Positions 12,619-26,104 of a stretch of 64,000 nucleotides of DNA are shown in pieces (position 1 is the stretch's first letter; each line of letters begins with the position of its first letter). This DNA is from Squalus acanthias (lineage: Eukaryota). The position numbers were made by a program, and so were the translations under genes. The stretch lies in contig CM059432.1 in the NCBI GenBank assembly GCA_030390025.1, positions 90,274,001-90,338,000 on the forward strand, written 5' to 3'. The notes beneath the pieces are model-generated. The model saw nothing but the letters and a program-made list of their open reading frames with translations, was not told where the DNA came from and did not search any database.

Positions 12619-13703
12619 TGTAGGTGGTTTGCCTTGGTGGTTCAAATCACTTCTCCTACTTAGTTCTAGACGACAGGAATTACGGTGAACAGGATTGGAA
12701 CACATTGGACTCAACTGTACGGTGTTTAATAAGGTTAACACACACACCCGCCTCCAATACGTAAAATGCCTGGTGGCGTAAAACAAACAGTACAACAATA
12801 CAACTTGGCCCGTCGAACAGGCCCCTGTCTCGTATTAAGACGCCTAAAATCACACTGTGTTGCTATACAGAGTATAACATGGACTTGTCCCACAAACCCC
12901 AGAACATACACTATATAATACACACACAACCTCCCCACTAAGCCCCTCTGGATTGGTTGGAACACACAACACCCCCTCACACAGTACCAGTGGTCTTAAG
13001 GATGCGTGCGCTTGGACAATGCTCACCCCGATTGTCCGTTTTCTTGCTCGCTGCTTCCCTGTGTAGGGCGTGTCTCCTGGTTCCGTATCGCCGATGCAGT
13101 ATCCAAGTCCCAGTTTCGAGGTTCGTTCCTACAGTCGAAGAGCAAGGCAAGGCTCTTGTCGCTCATGGTGGTTTCTTCTCTCCGTCTCGGACGGAGTGCT
13201 CGGTTCTTGGTTCAGAGATGAGGGCACGTGAAGGCGAGAGCAAGCGACAGAGAGCGAGAATGGCCAAAGCTGCCTTCTCTTATACCCTAAAAGTTCATTA
13301 AGGTCTGTGTATTGCAGTGATGTTTTTTTAATCACCCTTCTTTGTCTGGTTTCCTGCCTTTCAGGGCTATCCCATCTAGGTGCTAGTGTTAATGGCAGAT
13401 GATGGGCTGCACTTCTTACCTGATCCTGGGTTAAGTGGTTTCCCATTAATTTACAATGGCCCTCCATCTTCTGTCCATTACCATATGAGTCACCTACTCG
13501 GGCCCATTGTTTCCCAGAGAACTCCTGACTGCTCACACATTCTCCCGTAATCAGTTTGTAGGCCTGGCTGGAATCTCCTGTCCATCACGAACACCTGGGC
13601 CCCTCCCATCTTCTCCAAACAGGCTGCTGGTCAATCAGCAGTAACAATCATACAACATGTCCGATACAAAAAAAAATCCTTGGGGCCTGCGCTGATGCTT
13701 ACA
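12619..13703 (-). mobile_element. Solo LTR (1085 bp) inserted in CR1 RT
   Basis: TGTAGG...CTTACA termini and 4-bp TSD GAGG (12615-12618, 13704-13707). CR1 RT resumes exactly. Minus-strand TATAAG (~13280) and ATTAAA (~12725). Confidence 0.85.
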
Positions 13704-13972
13704 GAGGGACCTGGGGGTCCTTGTGCATGAAACACAAAAAGTTAGCATGCAGGTACAGCAAGTAATCAAAAAGGCAAATGGAATGTTGGCCTTTATTTCA
13801 AGGGGGTTTGAGTATAAAAGCAGGGAAGTCCTGCTACAACTGTACAAGGTATTGGTGAGACCACACCTTGAGTACTGCGTACAGTTTTGTTCTCATTTAA
13901 GGAAGGATATACTTGCATTGGAGGCAGTTCAGAGACTATTCACTAGGTTAATTCCAGAGATGAGGGGTTTAA

Positions 13973-15529
13973 CATAGAAACATAGAAGATAGGAGCAGGA
14001 GTAGGCCATTCGGCCCCTCGAGCCTGCTCCGCCATTCGATGAGATCATGGCTGATCATCCAAACTCAGTACCCTGTACCTACCTTCTCCCCATATCCCTT
14101 GATACCTTTAGCTTTAAGAAATATATCTAACTCATTCTTCAATATATTTAATGACTTGGCCTCAACTACCTTCTGTGGTAGAGAATTCCACAGGTTCACC
14201 ACTCTCTGGGTGAAGAAATTCTTCCTCATTTCTGTCCTAAATGGCTTACCCCTTATCTTTAGATTATGACCCCTGGTTCTGGACTCTCTGACCATCGGGA
14301 ACATTCTTCCTGCATCTAGTTTGTCCAGACCTGTCAGAATTTTATATGTTTTGATGAGATCCCCTCTCATTCTTCTATACTCCAGCGAGTATAAGCCCAA
14401 TCGACCCAATCTCTCCTCATATGTCATTCCTGCCATCCCAGGTATCAGCCTTGTGAATCTTCACTGAACTCCTTCCATGGCAAGAACATCCTTCCTCAGA
14501 TAAGGCGACCAAAACTGCACACAATACTCAAGGTGTGGTCTCACCAAGGCCCTGTACAACTGCAGAAGGACATCCCTGTTCCTATACTCAAACCCTTTCG
14601 CTATGAAGGCCAACATACCATTTGCCTTCTTCACCGCTTGCTGCACCTGCATGCTTACCTTCAGCGACTGGTGCACAAGGACACCCAGGTCTCGTTGCAC
14701 TTCCCCTTCTCCCAATCTATTGCCATTCAGATAATAGTCTGCCTTTCTGTTTTTGACACCAAAGTGGATAACCTCGCATTTATCCACATTATATTGCATC
14801 TGCCACGCTTCTGCCCACTCACCCAACCTGTCCAAATCATCCTGGAGTTTCTCGGTATCCTCTTCGCAGCACACACGCCCACCCAGCTTTGTGTCATCTG
14901 CAAACTTGGAGATATTACATTTAGTTCCCTTATCTAGATCATTAATGTATATTGTGAATAGCTGGGGTCCAAGGACCGATCCCTGCGGTACCCCACTAGT
15001 CACTGCCTGCCACTCGGAAAAAGACCCATTAATTCCTACTCTCTGCTTTCTGTCCGCCAACCAGTTCTCTATCCAAGTCAATACCTTGCCCCCAATCCCA
15101 TGTGCCTTAACTTTACCCGCTAATCTCTTATGCGGGACCTTATCGAAAGCCTTTTGAAAGTCCAAATACACCACATCTACTGGTTCTCCCTTATCTATTT
15201 TCCCAGTTACATCCTCAAAAAATTCCAGTGGATTAGTCAAGCACGATTTACCTTTTCTAAATCCATGTTGACTTTGTCCGATCCTGTCACTGTTTTTCAA
15301 GTGCTCAGCTATTACATCCTTTATAATGGACTCGGGCTGCCTCCGCTGCTCTGGGCCTACCACGCCTCGGGGCTCACCTTTATACCGCCGCTCGCCGCAC
15401 GCCGCTCCTCGGGCTGCCTCCGCTGCTCTGGGCCTACCACGTCTCGGGGCTCACCTTTATATCGCCACTCCTCGGGCTGCCTCCGCTGCTCTGGGCCTAC
15501 CACGCCTCGGGGCTCACCTTTATACCGCC
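13973..15529 (-). mobile_element. CR1 LINE (RT to 3' end, well preserved) with 5' GC-rich tandem repeats, inserted antisense in another CR1
   Basis: ORF 14461-15363 is an open RT segment (QHGF, LDFQKAFDKV, GVPQGSVLGP, KFADDTKL). TSD-like GGGTTT at 13965-13970 and 15530-15535. Confidence 0.9.
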
Positions 15530-15530
15530 G
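15331..15530 (-). repeat. Three ~60-bp GC-rich tandem units, each with TATAAA on the minus strand
   Basis: Unit CTCGGGCTGCCTCCGCTGCTCTGGGCCTACCACGCCTCGGGGCTCACCTTTATACCGCCG starts at 15331, 15408 and 15471. Confidence 0.95.
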
Positions 15531-15945
15531 GGTTTGACTTATGAGGAAAGGTTGAGCAGGCTGGGCCTATATTCATTGGAATTTAGAAGAATGAGAGGTG
15601 ATCTTATCGAAACATATAAGATACTGAGGGGGCTCGACAGGGTAGATGCAGAGAGGATGTTTCCCCTTATGGGGAAATCTAGAACTCAGGGGCACAGTCT
15701 CAGAATAAAGGGTCGCCCTTTTAGAACTGAGATGAGGAGGAACTTCTTCTCTGAGGGTCATAAATTTGTGGAATTCTCTGCCCCAGAGAGCTGTGGAGGC
15801 TGGGTCATTAAATACATTTAAAGTGGAGATAGACAAATTTTTGCAAGATAAGGGAGTGAAGGATTATGGGGAGCAGGCTGGGAAGTGGCTTTGAGCCCTA
15901 GATCAGCCAAGTGGCCTATTCCTGCTCCTATTTCTTATGTTCTTA

Positions 15946-17250
15946 TTGCCACAGGCTTTTCCCAATACATAAAGGGGTGGTTCATTGATTCTGCAGCACC
16001 TCATTCTCAACATTGCTGGCTGTGCATCTGCCTCAGCAAGGAGAAGCAGAACAAGGAGAAGGATCCAAAGGACTGAAGCACGTGTGCTCATGGCAGATTC
16101 ACCTCAGTCGGGTGGTCAGGGTGATCGAATGCTTCAACAAATGCTACATGCCACCGTCTGTACCATAAGCTTCACACACTGCCCAAAGCACCACACCTGC
16201 AGCTGCTCACCCACCAACAATCTCTACCTACCAACACTCACATCCACATCTCACGCCTTGCACACAATGGCAGCTATTCAACTATGGCAGGCAAAAGGAT
16301 CATTAGTTATTAGAATGAATATATGTTTGCATAAATTTGTTAATGGAGTTTGCAATATTTTGTGGTCTCTCTCATTTCACCTTTGCACCCAAGAGGATGC
16401 TGTGATATGGCATGACACAGGGATGGTATGATGGACATGTGGTGAGCAAAAGGGATCTGGGGTTTAAGTCAACCTTATGTGTGAGGCTGGAGGTCTGTTT
16501 GGAGGAGGTTGCTGAGTTCAGTGACCACCACCTTGGTGATGTGGAGCCATCTAATACACTGCTTCTCACTCAATTGAAGGTAGGAGAAGTGCTGTCGGAA
16601 TACTCTCGGAGAGTAAGACCTCCTGGTGAGAGCCCTGATATCCTTCCTCATCCCTCTATGCATATGTTCCCGTATTTCTGGCTGCCTACGCTCCCTCTGC
16701 CATAGATCCTGGAGGGCGAGGTGGCGCCAGTACAGCCCCCATTAATGTTGTCAAGTGTAGCAGTTTGAATCTTTGAACAGTAAATGTAGCTACTGTGCAC
16801 TTGCCAGAAGACTGCTGATAAAGCTTGAAATTACTCATACAAACTCATCCACTGGGTGAAACTGACAAGAAACCACTGTAACTAACCTGGCCTGACTGCT
16901 GCGAGTGATTAATGCTGATGCCTTTAAATAACGTCGCTGGAGCCGGCTTCCTGCAGCTGTGTGCCTGCTCTCCCTGTCACTGTCTGGTCGAGACGCAAAG
17001 GTAAGTGGCAACAATAAATTTTCCAGATCAGGCACCCAGTGAGCGACATCATGATCTGCCTGCCGTTGAAGTCCCCGGCGGTACCTCGTACCGGTGGCGC
17101 AACGGGGTGGGGGGGGGGGGGGGTGGGGGGGGGGGCAGTATTTACCATGTGACACTAGATGTGCCTCGCCCAGGCGCTACTGCATCAGCACCCCATTACC
17201 GCCCTCTGCAGGTGCTAACGGGAGGCTCTAACCTACTGAATTTTCCCCCC
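15946..17250. mobile_element. Internally deleted Harbinger, related to copy 1
   Basis: 15946-16300 parallels 2448-3050. ORF 16475-16663 (YSPRVFRQHFSYLQLSEKQCIRWLH) is the transposase N-terminus. Right end GAATTTTCCCCCC. Confidence 0.7.
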
Positions 17251-17269
17251 TTAATCTCTAACATCTTAC

Positions 17270-17306
17270 AATTCTGATGAAAGATCATCGTCCTGAAACA
17301 TTAACT
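17270..17306 (+). ncRNA. Degenerate hammerhead motif in a Penelope terminus
   Basis: TT-CTGATGA-AAGATCATCGTCCT-GAAA-CA-TT-AACT. Same family as 57406-57442 but with stem mismatches. Confidence 0.5.
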
Positions 17307-17439
17307 CTGTTTCTCGATGCTGCCTGACCTGCTGAGTGTTTCCAGCATTTTCTGTTTTTAGAACAAATGGCTGGTGGGAGACCAGGGCTACACTTTGCAG
17401 CAAAAGCAAAATACTATGGATGCTGGAAATAAAAAATGA

Positions 17440-17705
17440 CAGTGGTTTTGAAAGGGGAGGGGACAGTACTGGAGGAGAGGGAACCATTTACGTCAGCTAG
17501 TGTGGGGGCCAGGAAGGGAAGTTGGGTGGTCAGCAGTTTAATGGGAATGGGGTCAAGGGAGCAACAGGTGGATCTCATGGGCAAGATGAAGTTGAAGAGG
17601 GCATGAGGGAAAATAGAAGTTAAACCGGAGAAAGACGCGGGTTCAGGGCTAAGGTGGGGGGAATCCTTGGGAGACATTAGGCTTGGTGGGCATGGGGAAG
17701 AGGGG
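17440..17705 (-). mobile_element. L2-clade LINE RT N-terminal fragment
   Basis: STCCSLDPIPIKLLTTQLPFLAPTLADVNGSLSSSTVPSPFKTTVI. Confidence 0.7.
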
Positions 17706-18610
17706 GATAGAATCATACAATCTTAGAATGATACAGCACAGAAGGAGGTTATTTGGTCCATCGTGCCTGTGCCGGCTCTTTGGTAGAGCTATCCAATTAA
17801 TCTCACTCCCCTGCTCTTTCCCCATAGCCCTGTAATTTTTTTTCCTTCAATTATTTACCCATTTCCCTTTTGAATGTAAATCTGCTTCCCACCACCCTTT
17901 CAGGCAGTGCATTCCAGATCACAACAACTCGCTGTGTTTAAAAAAAAAAGTTTCCTCACGATTCCTCTGGTTCTTTTGCCATTCGCCTTAAATTTGTGTC
18001 CTTTGGTTGCTGACACTTCTGCCACTGGAAACAGTTTCTCCTTATTTACTCAATCAAATACATCTCCATCAAATTAACCTTCTCTGCTCTAAGGAGAACA
18101 ACACCAGCTCTCCAGTCTCTCCACAGATGCGGCAGAGGCAGCTAAATGGATATCCATTCAGTTGCCTTGCAATTAATTCCATGAGCTTTTATCTCCTTTA
18201 TAAGCCTCACATATGTAACCTTATAAAATTCCTTTTGAAAATCAAAGTAGATAATATTTACTGGGTCACCCGATACATCCTTAGAGAATTCTAGCAGGTT
18301 GGTGAGGCGTGATCTATGGCTTCTAAACCTTTACCAGTTCCTTTTCATGACCTTTGATCTCTTTCCAAGAACTCTAACTTTTTAAAAGTTACACACTTGT
18401 TGGAAACATAGAATGGTTACAACACAGAAGGAGGCCATTTGGCCCGTCGAGCCCATGCCGGCTCTCTGCAAGAGCACTTCAATTAGTCTCACTCCCTCGT
18501 CCTTTCCCCATAGACCTGCAAATCTTTTTCCTTTTGAAAGCCATGATTGAATCTGCCTCCGCCACCCTTTCAGGCAGTGTATTCCAGATCCTAACCATTC
18601 GCTGCATAAA
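17706..18610 (-). mobile_element. Old CR1 3' fragments (17706-18125, 18405-18610)
   Basis: Tails ATAGAATC..ACAGCACAGAAGGAGG match the other CR1 3' ends in this window. Confidence 0.75.
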
Positions 18611-18814
18611 GGCAGAGAGGAATATCCCAGAGTTTTTGTTTCTCTAATTTGGCTTGGAGGTATTTTGTCTTTCTTGCCTTTCCCAGGTTATTGTATGGCT
18701 GGTTGGTGAGGGAGGGGGAGCAGATACGAGCCATCATTGCACCATGACAGCCTACAACAGGCTTGATGGACCAGCTGGTCTTTTCCTGTCCTTTGTTTTT
18801 CTTTGTTTATTTAT

Positions 18815-18985
18815 GTAGATTATCTGTCATTCATTCATTTTCTGTTTGTGGGACCTGGCTGTGTGCAAATTGGATGCCACATTCACCTACATAAGTGACT
18901 ACACTTCAAAAGTAATTCATCGGTTGTGAAGCACTTTGGGACATCCTAAAGACATGTTAAGGTGCAATATAAATGTAAATTTTTT
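18815..18985 (+). mobile_element. DeuSINE-like SINE 3' part
   Basis: GGGACCTGGCTGTGTGCAAATTGG (Deu-domain-like) followed by an L2-type tail GAAGCACTTTGGGACATCCT...ATATAAATG. Recognised from memory of the family. Confidence 0.6.
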
Positions 18986-21900
18986 CTATCCGTGCTGCAA
19001 TTTCTATTTTAAACAGTAAAGGAACATCTATAAATCCTTATACTATATTATGAAAGTAAGGAAGGCCGAGTCATAAAAAATGGTCAATTAAGATTTTGCG
19101 TCTGTGAAACACTTCAGGAGGCTCAACGAGGGCCTGAAATAGTTCAAAGCTATTCATTATTGTACACATTCATCAAATTGGGGTCCATAGGCCATCAAGC
19201 TAATGTTAAAATCACTCGTTAATATTACTTTGTATCTACAGTTTGTGCTGTCTACACAGTGTAGCAGTCTACCTTTTCTAGCACTGCACTAACATTTTAT
19301 TTTAAACTGCAGTATGCCTGCCAGGTGTGGAACTGAAGTATGACAGCCAGATGTGAGGCATGTATAGTAGAATAAAATACATGCAAATCGAACATAAGGT
19401 TTGAACTAATAGCACTATAAATGCAAGTAGCAAATATTTCTGACATAAAAATACAACTGAAACTAGGCCAGCAGAGAAGGCTCTTGGAGAAGAGATTTTG
19501 TGGAAAAGAAACTGACATTCTTGTTAAGGAATCCTTAATGTTGTATCATAAAACTATTTTAAATTTCCAGCCAGTGACCTTGGGAAACAAAAGTTCTCTA
19601 AAATGTAGCCTTAAATTGTTACTGCTTCATACATTAAAAAAATTGCCTCCAACTGATAGAAACTATTGACTATCGCTAAGGAAAGCAAAAGATAAAACAG
19701 TCCAAACACAGGTAGAAGGCACCATTCACTGACCGCCAACTCTCCATTCCAGAAAAATGAACACTCAGTGAGGAATAAATGACGGCGGAGTTTGGATAGA
19801 CATCTCACAACATGCCACCAGTGAAATAGAAAGACAGAGTCAGCCACTATTAAAGGGAGGAGAGAATGGCAAAAACCAGAAGGGATCAAGAAACACCAGT
19901 AAGCCTTCCATCAATGTAAATAATTAGAATTAATCAAAGGCACTGTGAGAGAAAAAGAAAGAGAGCAGCACATACAAACTGAATATCAGCCTTTCAAAAC
20001 GTCATTTCTCAAAAAAAATCAGCAGGAAAAGATTCACTTTCAAGCACTCTTATGATTAAGAGAGTATGAAGGACTTGGGACATCAGATGGGAAAGTTGGT
20101 AAACATATTCATGATGACGTTATGATAAACAAATACCAACTAAATTGAATAAAGGTATTCGGAGTAGCACGTGAGGACTAACAGTGGCTCCTAACACATT
20201 GAGAAATCCTATACTGGCAAAGACGTCTGTATATTCCTCAATTGCTGGTACAGATTTGAAAGAAAGAAGACAGGTGCAAGGAGCAGCTCTCTCTGGTGTA
20301 AAATTAGCTGGTAACCTGAAATGTACTGGTAACAATTTGAGTGCTCCAGTGCTCTTTACTGATAATGGCAAGGCACAATTCGTAGTGATAAGTCACTCCA
20401 AATCCTTTATATATGCCAAGATCATATAGCATCTGTTTGTTAAATATAAACGTATGATAAAAGTGAATCTCAGATCAGTCAACGTAACTACTTCTATAGC
20501 CTGTTTTGCATAGCCTTCTGTGCCTTGCAAATAGGAAGCCTTCAGATATTTTGGAATTGTCTTGGCGATGACAGATGCAGCTGTATTTTATATGCAGGTC
20601 CTCCATTTAACCTCATGAAAAGTCGTTTTAACAGTGCCACAGGCAATTACCACTTAATGCCTACAAATTGGCATATAAAATAGCACATGTGGCTTAAAAT
20701 GTGATGGTCTACATCATTTACACAAGTGCTAAGTGCCCCACCATGCTATGGGGCATGCATATAGCAACAAGACACACTAACTGAATCAAACTAAGTTGTG
20801 TTGCAATAAACACTGCAAAACACAAATAAAGGCATATTAATCCTCTAAGTAGCAACTGTGACATTGGCAAAATACATAAAATCATGTGCTCTAGCTGTTG
20901 TGGAGAAAAACACAATAAAATAACTCGCTGATACATAAGCAGTTTTGTAAAATACACCTAAAAAGATCAGCACGTTGTTAAGTTAGAACACAAATCTGCT
21001 TGTAACATTAATACCAATCTTCCACCACAATTATTTTGGTCATATTGAACAACCACATTGTAGGGTACTCTAGTATCAAGCCAAGTTGCAACTATTCCAT
21101 TCATAATTTGGGTGGCGGGGGGGGGGGAAGAAAAGTTTGAAGTAACAGTTTAAAGCTGTCAGTTGTATTGATGATAATATAGGGACTGTTGTGTAAAATG
21201 GATTGATTGCAGACTGATTTTTGCGACTTGATGTAAGTATAGATGGAGCCAGAAATATCAAGGGGAGAATTTGAGGCAGCTTAAAAGGGGACGATTGCAG
21301 GGAAAATGAATTGCTAAAGTTGGAGTGCCATGTTAAGGTGATAGCCACTGTTTGCCGTAACTCGGGATTGCATAGATATTAACCATGTAATATATTATGC
21401 ATGCTAATGTTTGACATTGATCATGGAAGGACACTTTCTTGGGTTTAATTCTGTTCATGTAGTGGATTGAAGTATCAATTGTTGTCCTTATTGCCATGGT
21501 TTTGACTGTGATTTCATTTGTGATTTAGGTTAAAGTACAGATTGCCTTTATCAGATCAAGGCACACTAAAGCGGAGCATCAGCAATTGTTTCCTACCATA
21601 TTTATTACCACCACAGAATTACCAAGTTCCAGGTAGATGGAAGGAAAAAAACTGAGTAATTCTGAAAGTAGGAAGAACTGAAAGGTTTGTAGGAGCACAA
21701 AGTAATTTGTTCCTCGAGTGCTAAAAGTTTTGTGAACCCAATGCCAACTCAGGAACTTTGGTTTTATTGGAGATAACAAAAGGAAACATGATCACTGGTT
21801 AACACAGCTTGAAATAACAAGCAGAAACCTGAGTACTGTAACTTTCTTAAAGTCAGTACTGTTAATTCTGCACTGTGAACTCTTAATCTCTTCCTCACAA

Positions 21901-22848
21901 AGTGTCAAAGAGATATGACAGGATGATTATCACATTACAACCCAGCATTTTGTACTGGCTCTCATGTCACTGGCAAAAGAAGAACTACTTTGCATTATAT
22001 AGGATAGATTTTACTAATTCACGTGCCACAAATGGATATCCGCTATTTAGGCGTGGAAGTCAACATGGATTTCTTTTTGTTCATTAATTTCCAGCAGTTT
22101 CTGACACAGCCTTCCAATGGTGAGCTTAAATTGGATTGCACTGACATTCAAGTTCTCTGTCTACCCTATTGGCTGCCTGCTTTTTGAAATGGGCATGAAA
22201 TAAATCACCTGAAGCTAATTAGAATGCATTTATTGTGCATATTGACTTAAGTGTAGGGAGCATACTGAATAGGGACAGAAGCAGGATATCTGGTCCATAA
22301 AGGCTGCTGGAAAAGCTTAGAGGTGCATATGGGGGGAAAAGAATCTTCCAGCTTTTAAAAAGTCTGAAAATAGTTTTTTTTTAATTGTCAGCCTTTTTAA
22401 AGGCTATCTTTGTGCTTGCAAAAACTTGACAAGCCAAAAGCAAATGAAGTGAACCCAATGTTAGAGCACAGAATTAAGTCTGTTGCAAGTGGCACAGAGG
22501 CATATCTCCTACCACCCCTTGGTTGATGGCTGGTAAAGAGAACACGTTACAGCATTAGGTGGGTGCAAGGAGGGTTTGATCCCTACAAGACAGCAGTGCA
22601 CCATGACTGGCAGGATGTGGCAGCCAGACTCAACACTGAGTACAGTATCTGCTGGATCCAGAAAAAGGCACGGTAAGGCTACCCAATAGTAAATGGCTTA
22701 AGCTTGCTTGCAACAAAATGTTGCCTGTTCCGTATTTACTGCTCACCCATTACAAGCTCTCACAATCTATATGCAGAACTGCATAACTGAGCTCCAGCTC
22801 TGGTAAAAAGTCTGCATTTGAGAGACGCCTCACAAAACAGAGAACTAA

Positions 22849-23357
22849 GGGGGAAAAATTGGGTTGCTTTGCGCCTCGAGGGCGATAATGGGACGCAAAG
22901 CCCCTAGCGGCCAGGCACGGCGCCGCTAACGCCTCCCGCGAAATTCAGCGGGAGTTTAGCAATGGCGGTAGCGCCCTGCGGCGGTGACGTCATCGCCGTG
23001 CGCCGCGCCTAACTCGCACCCCGGCCGCAAACTTCAGTTGCGCCCCCTGACCTATCGCCGGACAATATGTCTAACAGGGTCAGGGTGACGTTTTTGCAGC
23101 CGTGGCGGCGTAAGTTAAAGGGCAAGTGTCGGGAGGCCATTTATTGTGGGCGCCTGTCAGCACCTGGCCCCTTCCCCTTTTATATTCGGGATGCCGGCTG
23201 CGATCGCTCAGCCCGGCACTTCCAGTAGCGCCTCGCCTCCTGCTTGAGGCGCTGCCATTAAATTTATGGCGCAGGGCTGCTAACTTTTTCGGGGCGCTAA
23301 AAGTAGCGCCCCGGCAAAGTTAGCACCCCAAAGGGGGCGCCACCGAATTTTTCCCCC
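22849..23357. mobile_element. GC/CpG-rich Harbinger MITE (509 bp)
   Basis: 12-bp TIR GGGGGAAAAATT / AATTTTTCCCCC and perfect TAA TSD (22846-22848, 23358-23360). Confidence 0.9.
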
Positions 23358-26104
23358 TAAATATTTGAGAGACCCTTCACAAAACCAGGAACTAAATACT
23401 TGTGAGTGCAGATTTTGTTCATGATATAGTGGGTTCAGAATGGGCTCCATTCTGCATGTCTACTCCACCTGTAGCATTGATATGGGATCAATTTTCATTT
23501 TTATGATGGGGACTCCGTGATGGTGGTTGAAGTTTTTTTTATTCGTTTTTATGGGATGTGGGCATCGCTGGCAAAGCCAGCAGTTATTGCCCATCCCTAG
23601 TTGCCCTTGAGAAGGTGAGGGTGAGCCACCTTCTTGAACTGCTGCAGTCCGTGTGGTGAAGGTACTCCCACAGTGCTGTTAGGGAGGGAGTTCCAGGATT
23701 TTGACCCAGCGACGATGAAGGATCGGCGATATATTTCTAAGTCAGAATGGTGTGTGACTTGGAGGGGAACTTGGAGGTGGTGACGTTCCCATGCGCCTGT
23801 TGCCCACGTCCTTCTAGGTGGAAGAGGTCGCGGGTTTGGGAGGTGCTGCCGAAGAAGCCTTGGCGAGTTGCTGCAGTCCATCTTGTAGATGGTACACACT
23901 GCAGCCACGGTACGCCATGGTGGAGGGAGTGAATGTTTAAGGTGGTGGATGGGGTGCCAATCAAGCGGGCTGCTTTGTCCTGTATGGTGTCGAGCTTCTT
24001 GAGTGTTGTTGGAGCTGCACTCATCCAGGCAAGTGGAGAGTATTCCATCACACTCCTTACTTGTGCCTTGTAGATGGTGGAAAGGCTTTGGGGAGTCAGG
24101 AGGTGAGACACTCATCGCAGAATACCTAGCCTCTGACCTGCTCTTGTTGCCACAGTATTTATGTGGCTGGTCCAGTTAAGTTTCTGGTCAATGGTGACCC
24201 CCAGGATGTTGATGTTAGGGGATTCGGCGATGGTAATGCCATTGAATGTCAAGAGGAGGTGGTTAGACTCTCGCTTGTTGGAGATAGTTATTGCCTGGCA
24301 CTTCTGTGGCGCGAATGTTAACTGCCACTTATCAGCCCAAGCCTGAACATCGTCCAGGTCTTGTTGCATGCGGGCATGGACTGCTTCATTTTCTGAGGTT
24401 TTGTGAATGGCACTGAACACTGTGCAGTCATCAGCGAACATCCCCGTTTCTGACCTTATGTTGGAGGGAAGGTCATTGATGAAGCAGCTGCAGATGGTTG
24501 GGCCTAGGACACTGCCCTGAGGAACTCCTGCAGCAATGTCCTGGGGCTGTGATGATTGACCTTCAATCACCACAACCATCTTCCTGTGTGCTAGGTATGA
24601 CTCCAGCCAGTGGAGAGTTCCCCCACCACCACCCCCCCGCCCCCCCGATTCCCATTGATTTCAATTTTACTGGGGCTCCTTCATGTCACACTCGGTCAAA
24701 TGCTGCCTTGATGTCAAGGGCAGTCACTCTCTCTTCACCTCTGGAATTCAGATCCTTTGTCCATGTTTGGACCAAGACTGCAATGAGCTCGGGAGCAGAG
24801 TGGTCTTGGCGGAACCCAAATTGGGTATCAGTGAGCAGGTTATGGTGAGTAAGTGCCACCTGATAGCACTGTCGATGACACCTTCCATCACTTTGCTGAT
24901 GATTGAGAGTAGACTGATGGGGCGGTAATTGGCCAGATTGGATTTGTCTTGCTTTTTGTGGACAGGACATACCTGGGCAGTTTTCCACATTGTCGGATAG
25001 ATGCCAGTGTTGTAGCTGTACTGCAACAGCTTGGCTATAGACGCGGCTAGTTCTGGAGCACAAGTCTTCAGCACGAAAGCCAAGATGTTGTCAGGGCCCA
25101 TAGCCTTTGCTGTATCCAGTGCACTCAGCGGTTTCTTGATATCACGTGGAGTGAATCGAACTGGATGAAGACTGGCTTCTGTGATGGTGGGGACCGCAGG
25201 AGGAGGCCGATATGGATCATCCACTCGGCACTTCTGGCTGAAGATGGTTGCAAACGCTTCAGCCTTGTCTTTTGCACTCACGTGCTGGGCTCCACCATCA
25301 TTGAGGATGGGGATATTCATGGAGCCTCCTCCTCCCGTTCATTGTTTAATCGTCCACCACCATTCACGACTGGATATGGCAGGACTGCTGAGCTTTGATC
25401 TGCTCCGTTGATTGTGGGATCGCTTAGCCCTGGCTATAGCATGCTGCTTCCACTGTTTAGCATGCATGTAGTCCTGTGTTGCAGCTTCCCCAGGTTGGCA
25501 CCTCATTTTTAGCTACGCCTGGTGCTTCTCCTGGCATGCTCTTCTACACTCCTTATTGAACTAGGTTTGGTCCCCTGGCTTGATGGTAATGGTAGAGTGA
25601 GGGATATGGCGGGCCATGAGGTTACAGATTGTGGTGGAATACAATTCTGCTGCTGCTGAAGGCCCACAGCACCTCATGGATGCTCAGTTTTGAGCTGCTA
25701 GATCTGTTCTGAATCTATCCCATTTAGCACGATGGTAGTGCCACACAACACGATGGAGGGTGTCCTCAGTGTGAATACGGGACTTCATCTCCACAATGAC
25801 TGTGCGGTGGTCACTGCTACCAATACTGTCATGGACAGATGCATCTGCGACAGGTAGATTGATGAGGATGAGGTCAAGTAGGTTTTTCCCTCGTGTTGGG
25901 TCACTGACCACCTGTCGCAGGCCCAGACTGGCAGCTATGTCCTTCAGGACCCAGCCAGCTTGGTCAGTAGTGGTGCTACCGAGCCACTCTTGGTGATGGA
26001 CATTGAAGTCCCCCACCCAGAGTACATTCTGCGCCCTTGCTACTCTCAGTGCTTCTTCCAAGTGGTGTTCAACATGGAGGAGTACTGATTCATCAGCTGA
26101 GGGT

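Larger units (their letters stand above)
8770..15945 (+). mobile_element. Near full-length CR1 LINE (ORF1 zinc finger/leucine zipper/SGNH esterase; ORF2 APE-RT), decayed, with three nested insertions
   Basis: ORF1 has CCMWE..HICSKC..LRVDELESEL, DSIVRG, CLPGA, HVGTND. ORF2 has YRPP, MGDFN, SDH, KSPGPDG, YRPVSLTS, LDFQKAFDKV, KFADDTK. 3' tail at ~15900-15945. Confidence 0.95.

Noticed and set aside
14461..15363. Novel 300-aa fusion protein starting MVGPEQRRQPES
   Set aside because: The N-terminus is a chance in-frame read of the tandem repeat from a GTG; the rest is truncated CR1 RT.
15331..15530. Regularly spaced repeats as a CRISPR array
   Set aside because: Units are adjacent ~60-bp tandem copies without unique spacers, there are no cas genes, and the context is eukaryotic.
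19297..22087. Short ORFs in the unique region as host exons
   Set aside because: No recognisable domains, and no convincing splice-site pairs with open frames.
22816..23397. ~35-bp direct repeat flanking the MITE as a long TSD
   Set aside because: The copies are diverged and the true TSD is TAA; this is a pre-existing tandem duplication that the MITE entered.
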